From a virus (taxonomy: Duplodnaviria; Heunggongvirae; Uroviricota; Caudoviricetes): DNA of 18,491 nt. A program made the position numbers and the translations under genes. The notes below the pieces were generated by a model that had not been told where the DNA came from, ran no database searches, and was given only the letters and a program-made list of their open reading frames with translations. The first letter of the stretch is position 1; each line of letters opens with the position of its first letter. Location: the IMG/VR virus record IMGVR_UViG_3300032050_000069; one strand, given 5' to 3'. Below are positions 8,164-16,374 of this stretch, in pieces.

Positions 8164-8701
8164 AGGTAGTTTTTGTTACAATGGTATTATGAAAACCATT
8201 GAAAAGACTTTAAGGGAAAACAAAGAGGACATACACATATTAGACCTTTACAAACAAAATGTAACTTTTAAATTCGAAGCACAAAAGGTTGAAGAATATA
8301 AGAGATTAGTAAGTTGGGCAGATAGGATATATTTTATTTCACCTGTTTGGTGGTTTAGATGTACTCCTGCTTTGGAATCATTTTTTGACCAGGTCTTTAC
8401 ACCTGGTTTTGCCTATAAGTTTAAACCCATAACAAAGAAATATGGTGTTCCGATTCCACTGTTGAAAGATAAAAAGGTAAGAACATATCTAACGCATGGA
8501 GCACCTGCACTACCTGTATTAACGATGTATCTTAATTCAGTTAAGTTACGATTGGTAATGGGTGTATATTCATTTGTATTCGGTTGGTTTAAAACAAAAA
8601 CTCGTCAATTTTGGAGTGTTCCATTTGTTTCACATAATGAAAGATTAGTTTATTTGGAAAAGGTTAAAGAGGATGTGAAATCAGACCTAAATTCCAAATA
8701 A
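8129..8701 (+). CDS. NAD(P)H-dependent oxidoreductase, flavodoxin-like fold (Flavodoxin_2 / MdaB-like)
   Basis: LIVVSHP...SF, DLY, WADRIYFISPVWW, ALESFFDQVFTPGFAY, THGAP motifs. Confidence 0.9.
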   Translation: MKNLIVVSHPDKGSFCYNGIMKTIEKTLRENKEDIHILDLYKQNVTFKFEAQKVEEYKRLVSWADRIYFISPVWWFRCTPALESFFDQVFTPGFAYKFKPITKKYGVPIPLLKDKKVRTYLTHGAPALPVLTMYLNSVKLRLVMGVYSFVFGWFKTKTRQFWSVPFVSHNERLVYLEKVKEDVKSDLNSK

Positions 8702-8703
8702 GA

Positions 8704-8737
8704 TTTGTTAAATCCATTCTTTTTTCGTATATTTGTA
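8704..8737 (+). promoter_or_regulatory. Bacteroidota sigma-A-type promoter abutting the uvsE start codon
   Basis: TTTG at 8704-8707, 20-nt spacer, TATATTTG at 8728-8735; the ATG at 8740 follows after only 4 nt. Confidence 0.8.
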
Positions 8738-8739
8738 TT

Positions 8740-9645
8740 ATGAGAGAAAACAAACCAAATTTAGGATATGCCTGTATCAATATGAGTATGGGTAAAAAGG
8801 TTACTACCAATCGTGCAATGATTAAGAGAACTTTTGAGGCGAGGGGGTTAGATTATGTATCCGATTTGGCATTGGCTAACTCAAAGGATATAATAAAGAT
8901 TTTAGAGTGGAATAGATTAAATGGAATTATGTTATTCCGTCTATCATCCACTATCATTCCGTGGGGTGACCATATTGATATAACACAACTTAAAGATTAC
9001 AAAGAGATTAAGAGTGAGTTAAAGAAGGCAGGTGATTTTGCTAAGTTTTGGGGTATGAGAATCAACTCCCATCCAGGCCCATTTGTTGTTCTTACTTCAC
9101 CTAATGAAACCGTAGTGAGTAATGCGATTAGAGATTTAGAATTGCATGCTACTATATTTGATATGATGGGTTTATCTAAAACTCACTACAACAACATCAA
9201 CATACATTGTAATGGTGTATATGGCGATAAGCAAAGTGCAATGGATAGATTCATAGAAAACTTTAAGAGATGTTCCCCATCAGTTAGGAAAAGATTGACA
9301 GTGGAGAACGATGATAAGGCTTCAATGTATTCAGTTAAAGACCTAATGTATATCCATCAAAATACCGGCATTCCTATTGTATTTGATTATCATCATCACC
9401 AATTTTGTACCGGAGACCTTTCGGAAGAACAGGCTCTTCGATTAGCTGCAACCACATGGCCTAATGGAATTCGACAAGAGGTTCATTATTCTGAATCAAA
9501 GGCATTGCACGAAAACAACCAAAAAGAAAAACCACAAGCCCATTCCGATTATATTAACCAATTACCTAATACTTATGGATTGGATATAGATATAATGGTG
9601 GAGGCCAAAGCAAAAGAATTAGCTATATTACCATTCTTAAATTAA
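8740..9645 (+). CDS. uvsE: UV DNA damage repair endonuclease (UvsE/UvdE family)
   Basis: LGYACIN, LFRLSS, HPGPFVVL, INIHCNG, LTVENDD, VFDYHHH, HYSES, AHSDY, DIMVEAKAKELA. Confidence 0.95.
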   Translation: MRENKPNLGYACINMSMGKKVTTNRAMIKRTFEARGLDYVSDLALANSKDIIKILEWNRLNGIMLFRLSSTIIPWGDHIDITQLKDYKEIKSELKKAGDFAKFWGMRINSHPGPFVVLTSPNETVVSNAIRDLELHATIFDMMGLSKTHYNNINIHCNGVYGDKQSAMDRFIENFKRCSPSVRKRLTVENDDKASMYSVKDLMYIHQNTGIPIVFDYHHHQFCTGDLSEEQALRLAATTWPNGIRQEVHYSESKALHENNQKEKPQAHSDYINQLPNTYGLDIDIMVEAKAKELAILPFLN

Positions 9646-9649
9646 GTGA

Positions 9650-10504
9650 ATGAGATTCGTTTATCTACCGACGTTAAATGTTTTAATCATATTTTTTAAT
9701 AAATCTGGTAGCACATTATATTGTGGGTGGATTGAAAATGTAATAACATTTTTAGGAGTTCCTTATGAATTAAAATTACATAACGAAATAGATTATATTG
9801 ATTTTATAGAAAAGGTATATGATAAAAAACCAAAGATATATTTCTTTGTTCGTAATCCTTTGGAGAGAGTTGTAACTTCGTTCTATTGGTTAAATACATT
9901 CGATATAAAATCAAAGGATAGCCAATTTCCATTAGATGAATTCATTACCTATGCGGATAATTTAGAGCAATCAATAGAAAAAAGTGATGATATGCATCTC
10001 CTACCACAGAGTTGGGAATTGATTAAATGGAATAACTACATAAATGGTAGAGAAAACTCAATGTTTGAATTTAAAAATTTTAGATACGATAAGAGGTTTT
10101 TTAAGGGTTGTGAGATTGTTATTGTTCAAATTGAAAAATTCCAAAAGAATTTCGATGCACTAATTCAATCGCTATTTGCTGATAATTATATTCCATCCTA
10201 TAATAAGTTGGAAGAGGTAGGTAATCATCATTACTACAAAAACTCATTTGGAATTATAGAAGAACTCCATCAACAAAAAACTAATTTTGAAATGATGTTC
10301 TCTTTACTTTCCTATAACTTTGTTGAATCAAATTTAAAAAAGCAAACCCACCACAATAATTTGTATGGGGGGTTGATAATTCGATTGGAAAAAATTAAAG
10401 AAGGAGTTCTCTCCCTAAATAAAATAAATGAAATTCTGGCTAATGAAAGCAAGTGGTTAGGATACGATAATTCCCTTATTTTAAATATGAATAGATTTAT
10501 ATGA
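9650..10504 (+). CDS. Sulfotransferase family 2 protein (paralogue A)
   Basis: 5'-PAPS loop FNKSGSTL, 3'-PAP motif FVRNPLERVVTSF, HLLPQ. Confidence 0.75.
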   Translation: MRFVYLPTLNVLIIFFNKSGSTLYCGWIENVITFLGVPYELKLHNEIDYIDFIEKVYDKKPKIYFFVRNPLERVVTSFYWLNTFDIKSKDSQFPLDEFITYADNLEQSIEKSDDMHLLPQSWELIKWNNYINGRENSMFEFKNFRYDKRFFKGCEIVIVQIEKFQKNFDALIQSLFADNYIPSYNKLEEVGNHHYYKNSFGIIEELHQQKTNFEMMFSLLSYNFVESNLKKQTHHNNLYGGLIIRLEKIKEGVLSLNKINEILANESKWLGYDNSLILNMNRFI

Positions 10505-11571
10505 TGAAAGCATTAACTTACGATGACATCCAATTAGTTCCCGCTTATTCGGAAATCACATCAAGACAAAACATCAGCCTCAATACCCTATTAAGTAGAA
10601 GATATGGTTTGTTGAATCCAATTGTTGCATCACCTATGGATACTATATGTGGTGAAGAGATGGCCTATAAAATGATGTTATTGGGAGGAGTTGGTTGTGT
10701 GCATCGATTTATGACGATTGAAGAGCAAGTTGAAATAATTAGGAATTTGAGATACCGAATCTATGGAGATGGCTTTGGTGGCCCATTTGAAGATTGGGGG
10801 GTAATGTATGATGATTGGCATGCCGAAGAACCTTATGTTCCAATTATGGCGGCCATAGGAGTTCAAAGTGAAGATAAGGATAGAGCAAAAATGATTACTG
10901 ATGCGGGTGTGAATGTTCTCCTAATTGATGTAGCACATGGTCATCATAAGAATGTTATTCAGATGATTAAGTGGTGTAAGGATAATCTGAATGATAAAGT
11001 TGATGTAATAGCTGGAAATATAGCAACTGCGGATGCGGCTATTGATTTAGAAAGGGCAGGGGCTGATGGATTAAGAGTTGGTATTGGTGGAGGTTCTCTT
11101 TGCACTACAAGAGTTAAAACAGGCTTTGGTATTCCAAATGTTACTTCTCTTCAACAAGTTTTAGAAGTTTCAACTGTGCCGGTTATGGCAGATGGTGGGA
11201 TAAGAAGTAGCGGTGATATAGCAAAGGCATTGGCAATAGGAGCATCTAATGTTATGTTAGGCTCATTATTGGCGGGAACTGACGAAGCACCTGGTCAAAT
11301 TATAGAAAAGGCAAATGGTTTATATAAAAGATATAGAGGTGCAGCATCTTTGGAAACTAAACTAACACACAACCAACAGGCGAGAAATGTTGAGGGAGAG
11401 AGTACAGTAGTTCCATATAAAGGAGGGGTTAAGTTCATCGTTAATGGTATATTAGATGGAGTAAAATCTGCTTTAAGTTATGCGGGAGCAAATAATCTAA
11501 AAGAATTTAAACCAGATTATGTTGAGGTTACGAATGCAGGAATGATAGAAGCAAAACCACATTTAATATGA
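10501..11571 (+). CDS. IMPDH/GMP reductase family enzyme without CBS domains, probably GMP reductase
   Basis: ASPMDT, IDVAHGH, GNIAT, catalytic loop [33 protein letters not shown]. The flap lacks the Arg-Tyr dyad of IMPDH. Confidence 0.85.
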   Translation: MMKALTYDDIQLVPAYSEITSRQNISLNTLLSRRYGLLNPIVASPMDTICGEEMAYKMMLLGGVGCVHRFMTIEEQVEIIRNLRYRIYGDGFGGPFEDWGVMYDDWHAEEPYVPIMAAIGVQSEDKDRAKMITDAGVNVLLIDVAHGHHKNVIQMIKWCKDNLNDKVDVIAGNIATADAAIDLERAGADGLRVGIGGGSLCTTRVKTGFGIPNVTSLQQVLEVSTVPVMADGGIRSSGDIAKALAIGASNVMLGSLLAGTDEAPGQIIEKANGLYKRYRGAASLETKLTHNQQARNVEGESTVVPYKGGVKFIVNGILDGVKSALSYAGANNLKEFKPDYVEVTNAGMIEAKPHLI

Positions 11572-11789
11572 GAAAGGATGCAGAAGAGCAAAAAAAGTTA
11601 TATTGTAAACAAATGAAAGAAATGGCATTAGAAGATAGATTGTTTCTTAAAATTGATTCATCGATAATCAAAGATGAGAGTAATGATATGGAATTGGGAA
11701 AGAAGATTAGAGCTATGTGGAATAAAAAAGATAAACAAATCGAAGATAGATTGAAATGGTTAGAAAGTAGAATGAATGATAATGAATAA
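11568..11789 (+). CDS. Hypothetical protein (73 aa)
   Basis: ATGA-type overlap with the upstream stop; NDMELGKKIR motif. Confidence 0.65.
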   Translation: MRKDAEEQKKLYCKQMKEMALEDRLFLKIDSSIIKDESNDMELGKKIRAMWNKKDKQIEDRLKWLESRMNDNE

Positions 11790-12006
11790 GAAAAAATTGA
11801 TTTTGCTTAATGATAATGTAAACTCCTTCGATGGTGTTATATTGGCATTGATGGAAGTGTGTGGGTATAACATTTATCAGGCAGAACAATGTGCTCTTAT
11901 AGTTCATAATACCGGAAAGTGTATAATCAAAGAGGGATTTATTGAAGAGTTGGATAAGTGGAGGGGTGAGTTGAAACGAATGGGATTAAAAATTAAAATT
12001 GAATAA
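11776..12006 (+). CDS. clpS: ATP-dependent Clp protease adaptor ClpS (Bacteroidota type)
   Basis: LILLNDNVNSFDGVI...VCG...QAEQCALIVHNTGKCIIKEG matches the Bacteroidota ClpS pattern NDDVNTF...QAEQC..IVH..GKC. Confidence 0.85.
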   Translation: MIMNKKKLILLNDNVNSFDGVILALMEVCGYNIYQAEQCALIVHNTGKCIIKEGFIEELDKWRGELKRMGLKIKIE

Positions 12007-12007
12007 T

Positions 12008-12316
12008 ATGAATTTAGAAAAAAATTATCGATTACAATTGCAAGAGGCCTTATCACAAGAACCTGTAAATGGTATGGGTAAGTGGGCAAAGCAAACAAAG
12101 ATTGATTCAATTAAAGAAAAGATTGATTGGATTGAAAATGTTAAGGATGTAGCATTAGGTGATTTTGATTTTGGAAGTGGATTAGATAAGGATAGTTGGA
12201 TTGCAGGTTATATTGTTGGATTTGCAGTTGCTGCAGATGGATTGAGGATGAAAGATGAAGAGGAAAGGGGTGAAGTGGGTGATGAATCAATAGAAAACGA
12301 AATAAACGAAGAATAA
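12008..12316 (+). CDS. Hypothetical protein with an acidic tail
   Basis: ATG at 12008, 1 nt after the clpS stop, is preferred over the track's TTG at 11999. Confidence 0.65.
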   Translation: MNLEKNYRLQLQEALSQEPVNGMGKWAKQTKIDSIKEKIDWIENVKDVALGDFDFGSGLDKDSWIAGYIVGFAVAADGLRMKDEEERGEVGDESIENEINEE

Positions 12317-12484
12317 ATGAAAAATTTAAAAGCATTATCGGTAATACTGATTACAATAGTAGGAACTTTGGCAGTTGTATTTGGTGAGGTGGATGACTCA
12401 CCAGGTTTAGGAGGAATAGGTTTAATTCTTATAGGTGGTGCTTCATATCTAAATTTAAAGTTAATAAAAGAAAAACAAAAATAA
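12317..12484 (+). CDS. Small two-TM membrane protein (55 aa) with a GExDDSPG loop, missing from the ORF track
   Basis: MKNLKALSVILITIVGTLAVVFGEVDDSPGLGGIGLILIGGASYLNLKLIKEKQK; starts directly after the upstream TAA. Confidence 0.75.
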   Translation: MKNLKALSVILITIVGTLAVVFGEVDDSPGLGGIGLILIGGASYLNLKLIKEKQK

Positions 12485-12485
12485 A

Positions 12486-13130
12486 ATGACAAATACAAAA
12501 TCACACGCCGAAGTTGAATTTGAGATTTTGAGTAAGGTAGTACCTGATGCAATAGCATTAGATTTTAAAGATGAAATACTGGCTATATGCAAAAAGTTTA
12601 GTCAAAGTGGGCAAAGTGGCGGTTCTGCCCCATATACCTCCGCAATAATTTCATCGGTAATCAATAAATTATGCACATTTCAAACCATTTCCCCATTAAC
12701 GGGTGAAGACGATGAATGGTCTGAAGGATCAAGTGATCCCGATGGTATATTATATCAAAATAAAAGAAACTCCGCTGTGTTTAAAGATGATAGTGGTGTA
12801 TGGTATTTAGATGCAATTATATGGAGAGGGGATACGGTCGGTGAAAGTGGAAACAATTGGGACAACTTCAGCGGAACTGTTGAGGGGATTAGGAGTAGAC
12901 AATACATTAAAGAGTTTCCATTCGAACCAAAAACATTTTATGTTGATGTAACAAGAGAGATGCTTCCAGCTGATTGGGAAGAAGAACCATTCTTTCAAGA
13001 TAAGGATTACTATATCACATCTGAATATGAAGCAACCGGTGTAAAAAATTGGATTGCGGGTGATAAGTACCGATATGTGATTAAAGACCGTAAACAATTA
13101 GAAGAAGTTTGGAAATACTATAAGAAATAA
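12486..13130 (+). CDS. Conserved phage-type hypothetical protein (214 aa)
   Basis: FSQSGQSGGSA...ISPLTGEDDEW...YQNKRNSAVFKD pattern, recalled from phage hypothetical proteins; function unknown. Confidence 0.75.
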   Translation: MTNTKSHAEVEFEILSKVVPDAIALDFKDEILAICKKFSQSGQSGGSAPYTSAIISSVINKLCTFQTISPLTGEDDEWSEGSSDPDGILYQNKRNSAVFKDDSGVWYLDAIIWRGDTVGESGNNWDNFSGTVEGIRSRQYIKEFPFEPKTFYVDVTREMLPADWEEEPFFQDKDYYITSEYEATGVKNWIAGDKYRYVIKDRKQLEEVWKYYKK

Positions 13131-13134
13131 AATT

Positions 13135-13392
13135 ATGACAAAAGAAGAATTAGTAGAAAGTTTGAAAGAGGGTGAAGTGGTAGTAACCTTTAAGAAAAAA
13201 GATGGTAGTGATAGAGTAATGAGATGCACTAAATCATTCGATGTAATACCAGAAGAAAAACATCCAAAGACGACTTCGGATACAATAGCTAAATCAACTA
13301 CAACAAATACCGACCTGATTATGGTGTGGGATTTGGATAAAGAAGGTTGGAGAAGTTTTGATTATAAATCACTTTTGAAGATTGGTGAGTAA
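13135..13392 (+). CDS. WYL_2 / DUF2693 SH3-like beta-barrel protein
   Basis: VVVTFKKKDGSDRVMRCT and VWDLDKEGWRSF motifs. Confidence 0.8.
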   Translation: MTKEELVESLKEGEVVVTFKKKDGSDRVMRCTKSFDVIPEEKHPKTTSDTIAKSTTTNTDLIMVWDLDKEGWRSFDYKSLLKIGE

Positions 13393-13700
13393 TGCTACTA
13401 ATTCAAAATATAGAGACTATAATAGATAGAGTTGTATTAAGAGAGTGGTGGGTTGAGAACTATGAATTGATAGGTGATAATCAATACCAATTTTTAGTAT
13501 CAAACATTAAAACTCTCAAAAAGTTTACAATTCAGGTCGAAAGGCTGCCAATAGGTGATAAAAAGTTGATATATGAAGTATGGGCGTGGAAAGAAGATGG
13601 GAATATAGTAAGGAGAATGGTAGATTTAAAACACTTTAAGCAAGTAGATGATTTTGAAAAAGTTTTAGAAAAAATAATAATTAACTACTCAAATGAATAA
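13392..13700 (+). CDS. Hypothetical protein (102 aa)
   Basis: TAATG overlap with the upstream gene. Confidence 0.65.
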   Translation: MLLIQNIETIIDRVVLREWWVENYELIGDNQYQFLVSNIKTLKKFTIQVERLPIGDKKLIYEVWAWKEDGNIVRRMVDLKHFKQVDDFEKVLEKIIINYSNE

Positions 13701-14199
13701 AATGCAAAACATATCGAAAAATCAAATCGAATTCCTCACAAAGTTAAAGGAAGAAAGGGGTAATATAGATTCAATATTACTATCATTAACAAAGTGGTCA
13801 TTAGTAGAATATACCGAACATTATGGAAACTATGAAGGTAGTGATTTTAATTTGGAAGTGGATACCAATTGGAAATGGGTGAGGTTAGGATATGATGTGG
13901 ATGATTTGGATTCCTTAATACAAACATTAGAGAATCTACCATTAGGGGAAATCGGCTCTATGGATTTAACTCAGCATTTTATATGTGAGGATATGAGTGA
14001 TGGTGATACTGAAATTATAGCAAGTGATTTCACACCAGAATTATCAGAAGAGTTGGCGGAAGAGATAGACCTATATGAATTATATTGGGATAGTGAAATC
14101 AATAATAGTGAATACCATTTTGATAAGGGTAGTATCTTTCAAATAGAGATTACTTTAAAAGAAGGAGAACCGATTATATTTGAAGAGGGTTTAGGATAA
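13693..14199 (+). CDS. Hypothetical acidic protein (168 aa)
   Basis: Long ORF overlapping the upstream stop; D/E-rich. Confidence 0.7.
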   Translation: MNKMQNISKNQIEFLTKLKEERGNIDSILLSLTKWSLVEYTEHYGNYEGSDFNLEVDTNWKWVRLGYDVDDLDSLIQTLENLPLGEIGSMDLTQHFICEDMSDGDTEIIASDFTPELSEELAEEIDLYELYWDSEINNSEYHFDKGSIFQIEITLKEGEPIIFEEGLG

Positions 14200-14216
14200 C
14201 TCACAACAATAGCCGT

Positions 14217-14280
14217 TGAGCGGGGCGGGGGTTGGGGGTATCGTTCTCCCTTTGTCCTTCGGGTCCGAAAAATTTCGGAG
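14217..14280. other. GC-rich intergenic element: G-tracts plus a near-perfect palindrome
   Basis: GGGG-C-GGGGG-TT-GGGGG at 14222-14238, a C(TTCG)G tetraloop at 14257-14262, TCCGAAA-AA-TTTCGGA at 14264-14279. Confidence 0.5.
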
Positions 14281-14309
14281 GATAAGATTTATTGATAGTA
14301 TTTAAGTTT

Positions 14310-15011
14310 ATGAAAGCAATACATTTAGTAGATAGGGATAAAACAATTATCACTTTTAACAAAGGTGGTAGTACCCTTTTCACCTATACACTCAAACTAT
14401 TCCTTAATTGGAAAGGGATTGAGGTAACGGGTGAGTATATAGGAGGTAGAGAAAGTATTGCGGTGACCCGTAATCCTATTAACCGATTTTTTAGTGGATT
14501 CTTACATTCACATACGGTACCGAGAGGTGGAGATTGGGATTTTGTAGAGAGGGGTGATATAATCCGAAAAATGGAAAGGTGGATAGAGAAATCAAAAAAT
14601 GGGGATATAAGAGATGATTGGCATTACGAAAGGCAAGGTGTGATACTAAACGAAATGGGATTTAGTGGTAAAACCTACCGAATAGAAGATATAGGTGATG
14701 AGATAAACCGAATGGCGAATTGGCCTGCCCCCAACGCAAATCCGGATTGGAGTTCTACCGAACCCTTAGTTCGAAAGGGTGGATTGGGGTTATTAGATGA
14801 TTTGGGTATCGAAATGAGTGAATGGGATTGGCAAATCTTTATTGGTTTTTGGAAAACGGTTGAGAACAATTTAGAAAACATTCATCATAGGAGTAATGAA
14901 ACCCGCTTAATCCGATTCATCATTCAAAGTGAAAGACCGGGTTTGTACGATGTCATTACTAATTGGTTTGCGGAAGATATAAAAAGATTTGGATATGGGG
15001 GGATTATATAA
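14310..15011 (+). CDS. Sulfotransferase family 2 protein (paralogue B)
   Basis: FNKGGSTL, VTRNPINRFFSGF, HYERQ; aligns by eye with 9650..10504 at both ends. ATG 14310 preferred over TTG 14292. Confidence 0.75.
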   Translation: MKAIHLVDRDKTIITFNKGGSTLFTYTLKLFLNWKGIEVTGEYIGGRESIAVTRNPINRFFSGFLHSHTVPRGGDWDFVERGDIIRKMERWIEKSKNGDIRDDWHYERQGVILNEMGFSGKTYRIEDIGDEINRMANWPAPNANPDWSSTEPLVRKGGLGLLDDLGIEMSEWDWQIFIGFWKTVENNLENIHHRSNETRLIRFIIQSERPGLYDVITNWFAEDIKRFGYGGII

Positions 15012-15222
15012 AACATACGATTGCCATCGAAAGAGCCACACCGAAGTGATGGAGGAGTTAGAGAATTGGATACTACTAAACCAATACGATACTCCATTAG
15101 AAATCATTACCGGAAATTCGGAAGCGGTGAAGAGTATAGTGAAGGAAATATGTAAGGGTATGTGGATAGAGGTAAGAGAGGGTTGGATTAATAAAGGAAC
15201 AATGATAATAGATTCTATATGA
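14995..15222 (+). CDS. Stand-alone Smr-like domain protein
   Basis: DCHRKSHTEV...ENWILLNQ...LEIITGNS resembles the Smr pattern DLHG...IITGxG. ATG at 14995 (the track start 14989 is TTG). Confidence 0.55.
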   Translation: MGGLYKTYDCHRKSHTEVMEELENWILLNQYDTPLEIITGNSEAVKSIVKEICKGMWIEVREGWINKGTMIIDSI

Positions 15223-15611
15223 TAATAGAAATCCGAGATGGAGAGGAAGCGTTCATACCCGTAAAGAGGGTTGGAGCGGGTGAGAGACAACCTTACCTTA
15301 TAAGTGGCTCATTGGATATGTATGGGGATATAACCCTAACGGGTAACCTTATCGTTCAACAATCCCAATGGGTGTACCTAAGAGGACCGGTAACTTCATC
15401 GGCAGCCCTAATCAATGGAGGGGTTACGGCATCTAACCTCCTCATACGAAAGAGTAGGGGGGATGGAGAAACGAATTCCGAATGGGGTAATGTAGAGGTA
15501 GAGGGGAATATGGTAGTGGGAGGAGTGAACCTATTAGATAAGATAGCCGTTTTAGAAGAGAAGGTAACCCAATTAGAAAAATTGGCGGAAACTAAAAATA
15601 ATTCAGCATAA
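15219..15611 (+). CDS. Short fibre-like beta-strand protein with a C-terminal coiled coil
   Basis: ISGSL, GDITLTGNLIV, VTASNLL, GNVEVEGNMVVGG repeats, then LLDKIAVLEEKVTQLEK. Confidence 0.6.
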   Translation: MIIEIRDGEEAFIPVKRVGAGERQPYLISGSLDMYGDITLTGNLIVQQSQWVYLRGPVTSSAALINGGVTASNLLIRKSRGDGETNSEWGNVEVEGNMVVGGVNLLDKIAVLEEKVTQLEKLAETKNNSA

Positions 15612-15633
15612 GAGTATAGCCATAGTATAGAGT

Positions 15634-15831
15634 ATGAATAAGATAAGTATAGATAAGAGAAGAAGAGAAGGTTTACAAAGATTAATCGAAACACTCATAA
15701 AGATAGAAGAGTACGAACTATGCCATCAGATACACCACATACTGAATAGAAAGGAGAACCAAACCCTATGCCATAAGTGTTCACTACCATTAGGAGAGGA
15801 GGGGATATGTTGGAGATGCCTAACAAAATAA
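15634..15831 (+). CDS. Small protein with a UVR-like helix and C-terminal CxxC-x10-CxxC zinc ribbon
   Basis: IEEYELCHQI and CHKCSLPLGEEGICWRC. Confidence 0.6.
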   Translation: MNKISIDKRRREGLQRLIETLIKIEEYELCHQIHHILNRKENQTLCHKCSLPLGEEGICWRCLTK

Positions 15832-15953
15832 AAAGTAATAAAAAGAGAGTAGGGATAGAGGTAATCAAACTGCTGATAATCCTAATCCCCATATGGTTGG
15901 TATTAAGAGGGGGGATAATCCTTCTATTCACCCTATTAAAGGAATTTTATTAG
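15816..15953 (+). CDS. Possible small membrane protein (45 aa), missing from the ORF track
   Basis: MPNKIKSNKKRVGIEVIKLLIILIPIWLVLRGGIILLFTLLKEFY: basic N-terminus then a hydrophobic stretch; overlaps the upstream gene by 16 nt. Confidence 0.4.
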   Translation: MPNKIKSNKKRVGIEVIKLLIILIPIWLVLRGGIILLFTLLKEFY

Positions 15954-16141
15954 ATAGGGTATATGGGTATAGGGAGTGTGGAGATGTGGTGGCAAAATGG
16001 AGATATGGGGGTTTAAAAGGAGTGATTAGCGATTAAGTACTAAACCTTTTCACTATGTGGTGTAGTAAGGTGGGGTGAGGGTGAAAGCATCCGTATTATA
16101 CTCTTTAATGTTAATTTCTTAATATTATGAACGGTGTGAAA

Positions 16142-16167
16142 AAGTGGGGGAAAGTGGGAGGAAGTGG
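16142..16167 (+). repeat. Three AAGTGG direct repeats at an exact 10-bp period
   Basis: AAGTGG starts at 16142, 16152 and 16162. Confidence 0.6.
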
Positions 16168-16208
16168 CATATACACATCCATACATAGAACGATTTTTTC
16201 CTGGCACG

Positions 16209-16241
16209 CAAAGGTACAACAAAAAATTCACATATCCAAGC
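16209..16241 (-). promoter_or_regulatory. Bacteroidota-type promoter pointing leftward into gene-less DNA
   Basis: The minus strand reads GCTTG-N20-TACCTTTG. Confidence 0.7.
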
Positions 16242-16289
16242 GTTTATACCAAAATTTTTTCTATATTTTATCCCCTTTTGTTAGAAATT

Positions 16290-16374
16290 ATTCGGTGCAC
16301 AGCCGACGAGAGCAGAATTTTATTCGGTTACAATTGTAAATAGTATGTAACAAATGTAAATTCGGTGTTACATA
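16290..16374. repeat. Cluster of short repeats and palindromes at the end of the minus-strand operon
   Basis: ATTCGGT at 16290, 16322 and 16360; palindrome TTACAATTGTAA at 16328-16339; inverted repeat TATGTAACA (16344-52)/TGTTACATA (16366-74). Confidence 0.55.

Noticed and set aside
15613-15652. AGTATAG repeated three times
   Set aside because: Irregular spacing, one copy is inside a CDS, and the low-complexity purine-rich context explains it.
15695-16339. ORFs 15695-15931(-), 16040-16231(-) and 16127-16339(+)
   Set aside because: They overlap a real gene, a promoter or the repeat array, and have low-complexity translations with no motif.
16326-16353. Possible XerCD dif site
   Set aside because: Best alignment gives only about 5 of 11 and 7 of 11 matches to the E. 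coli arms, too weak in AT-rich DNA.
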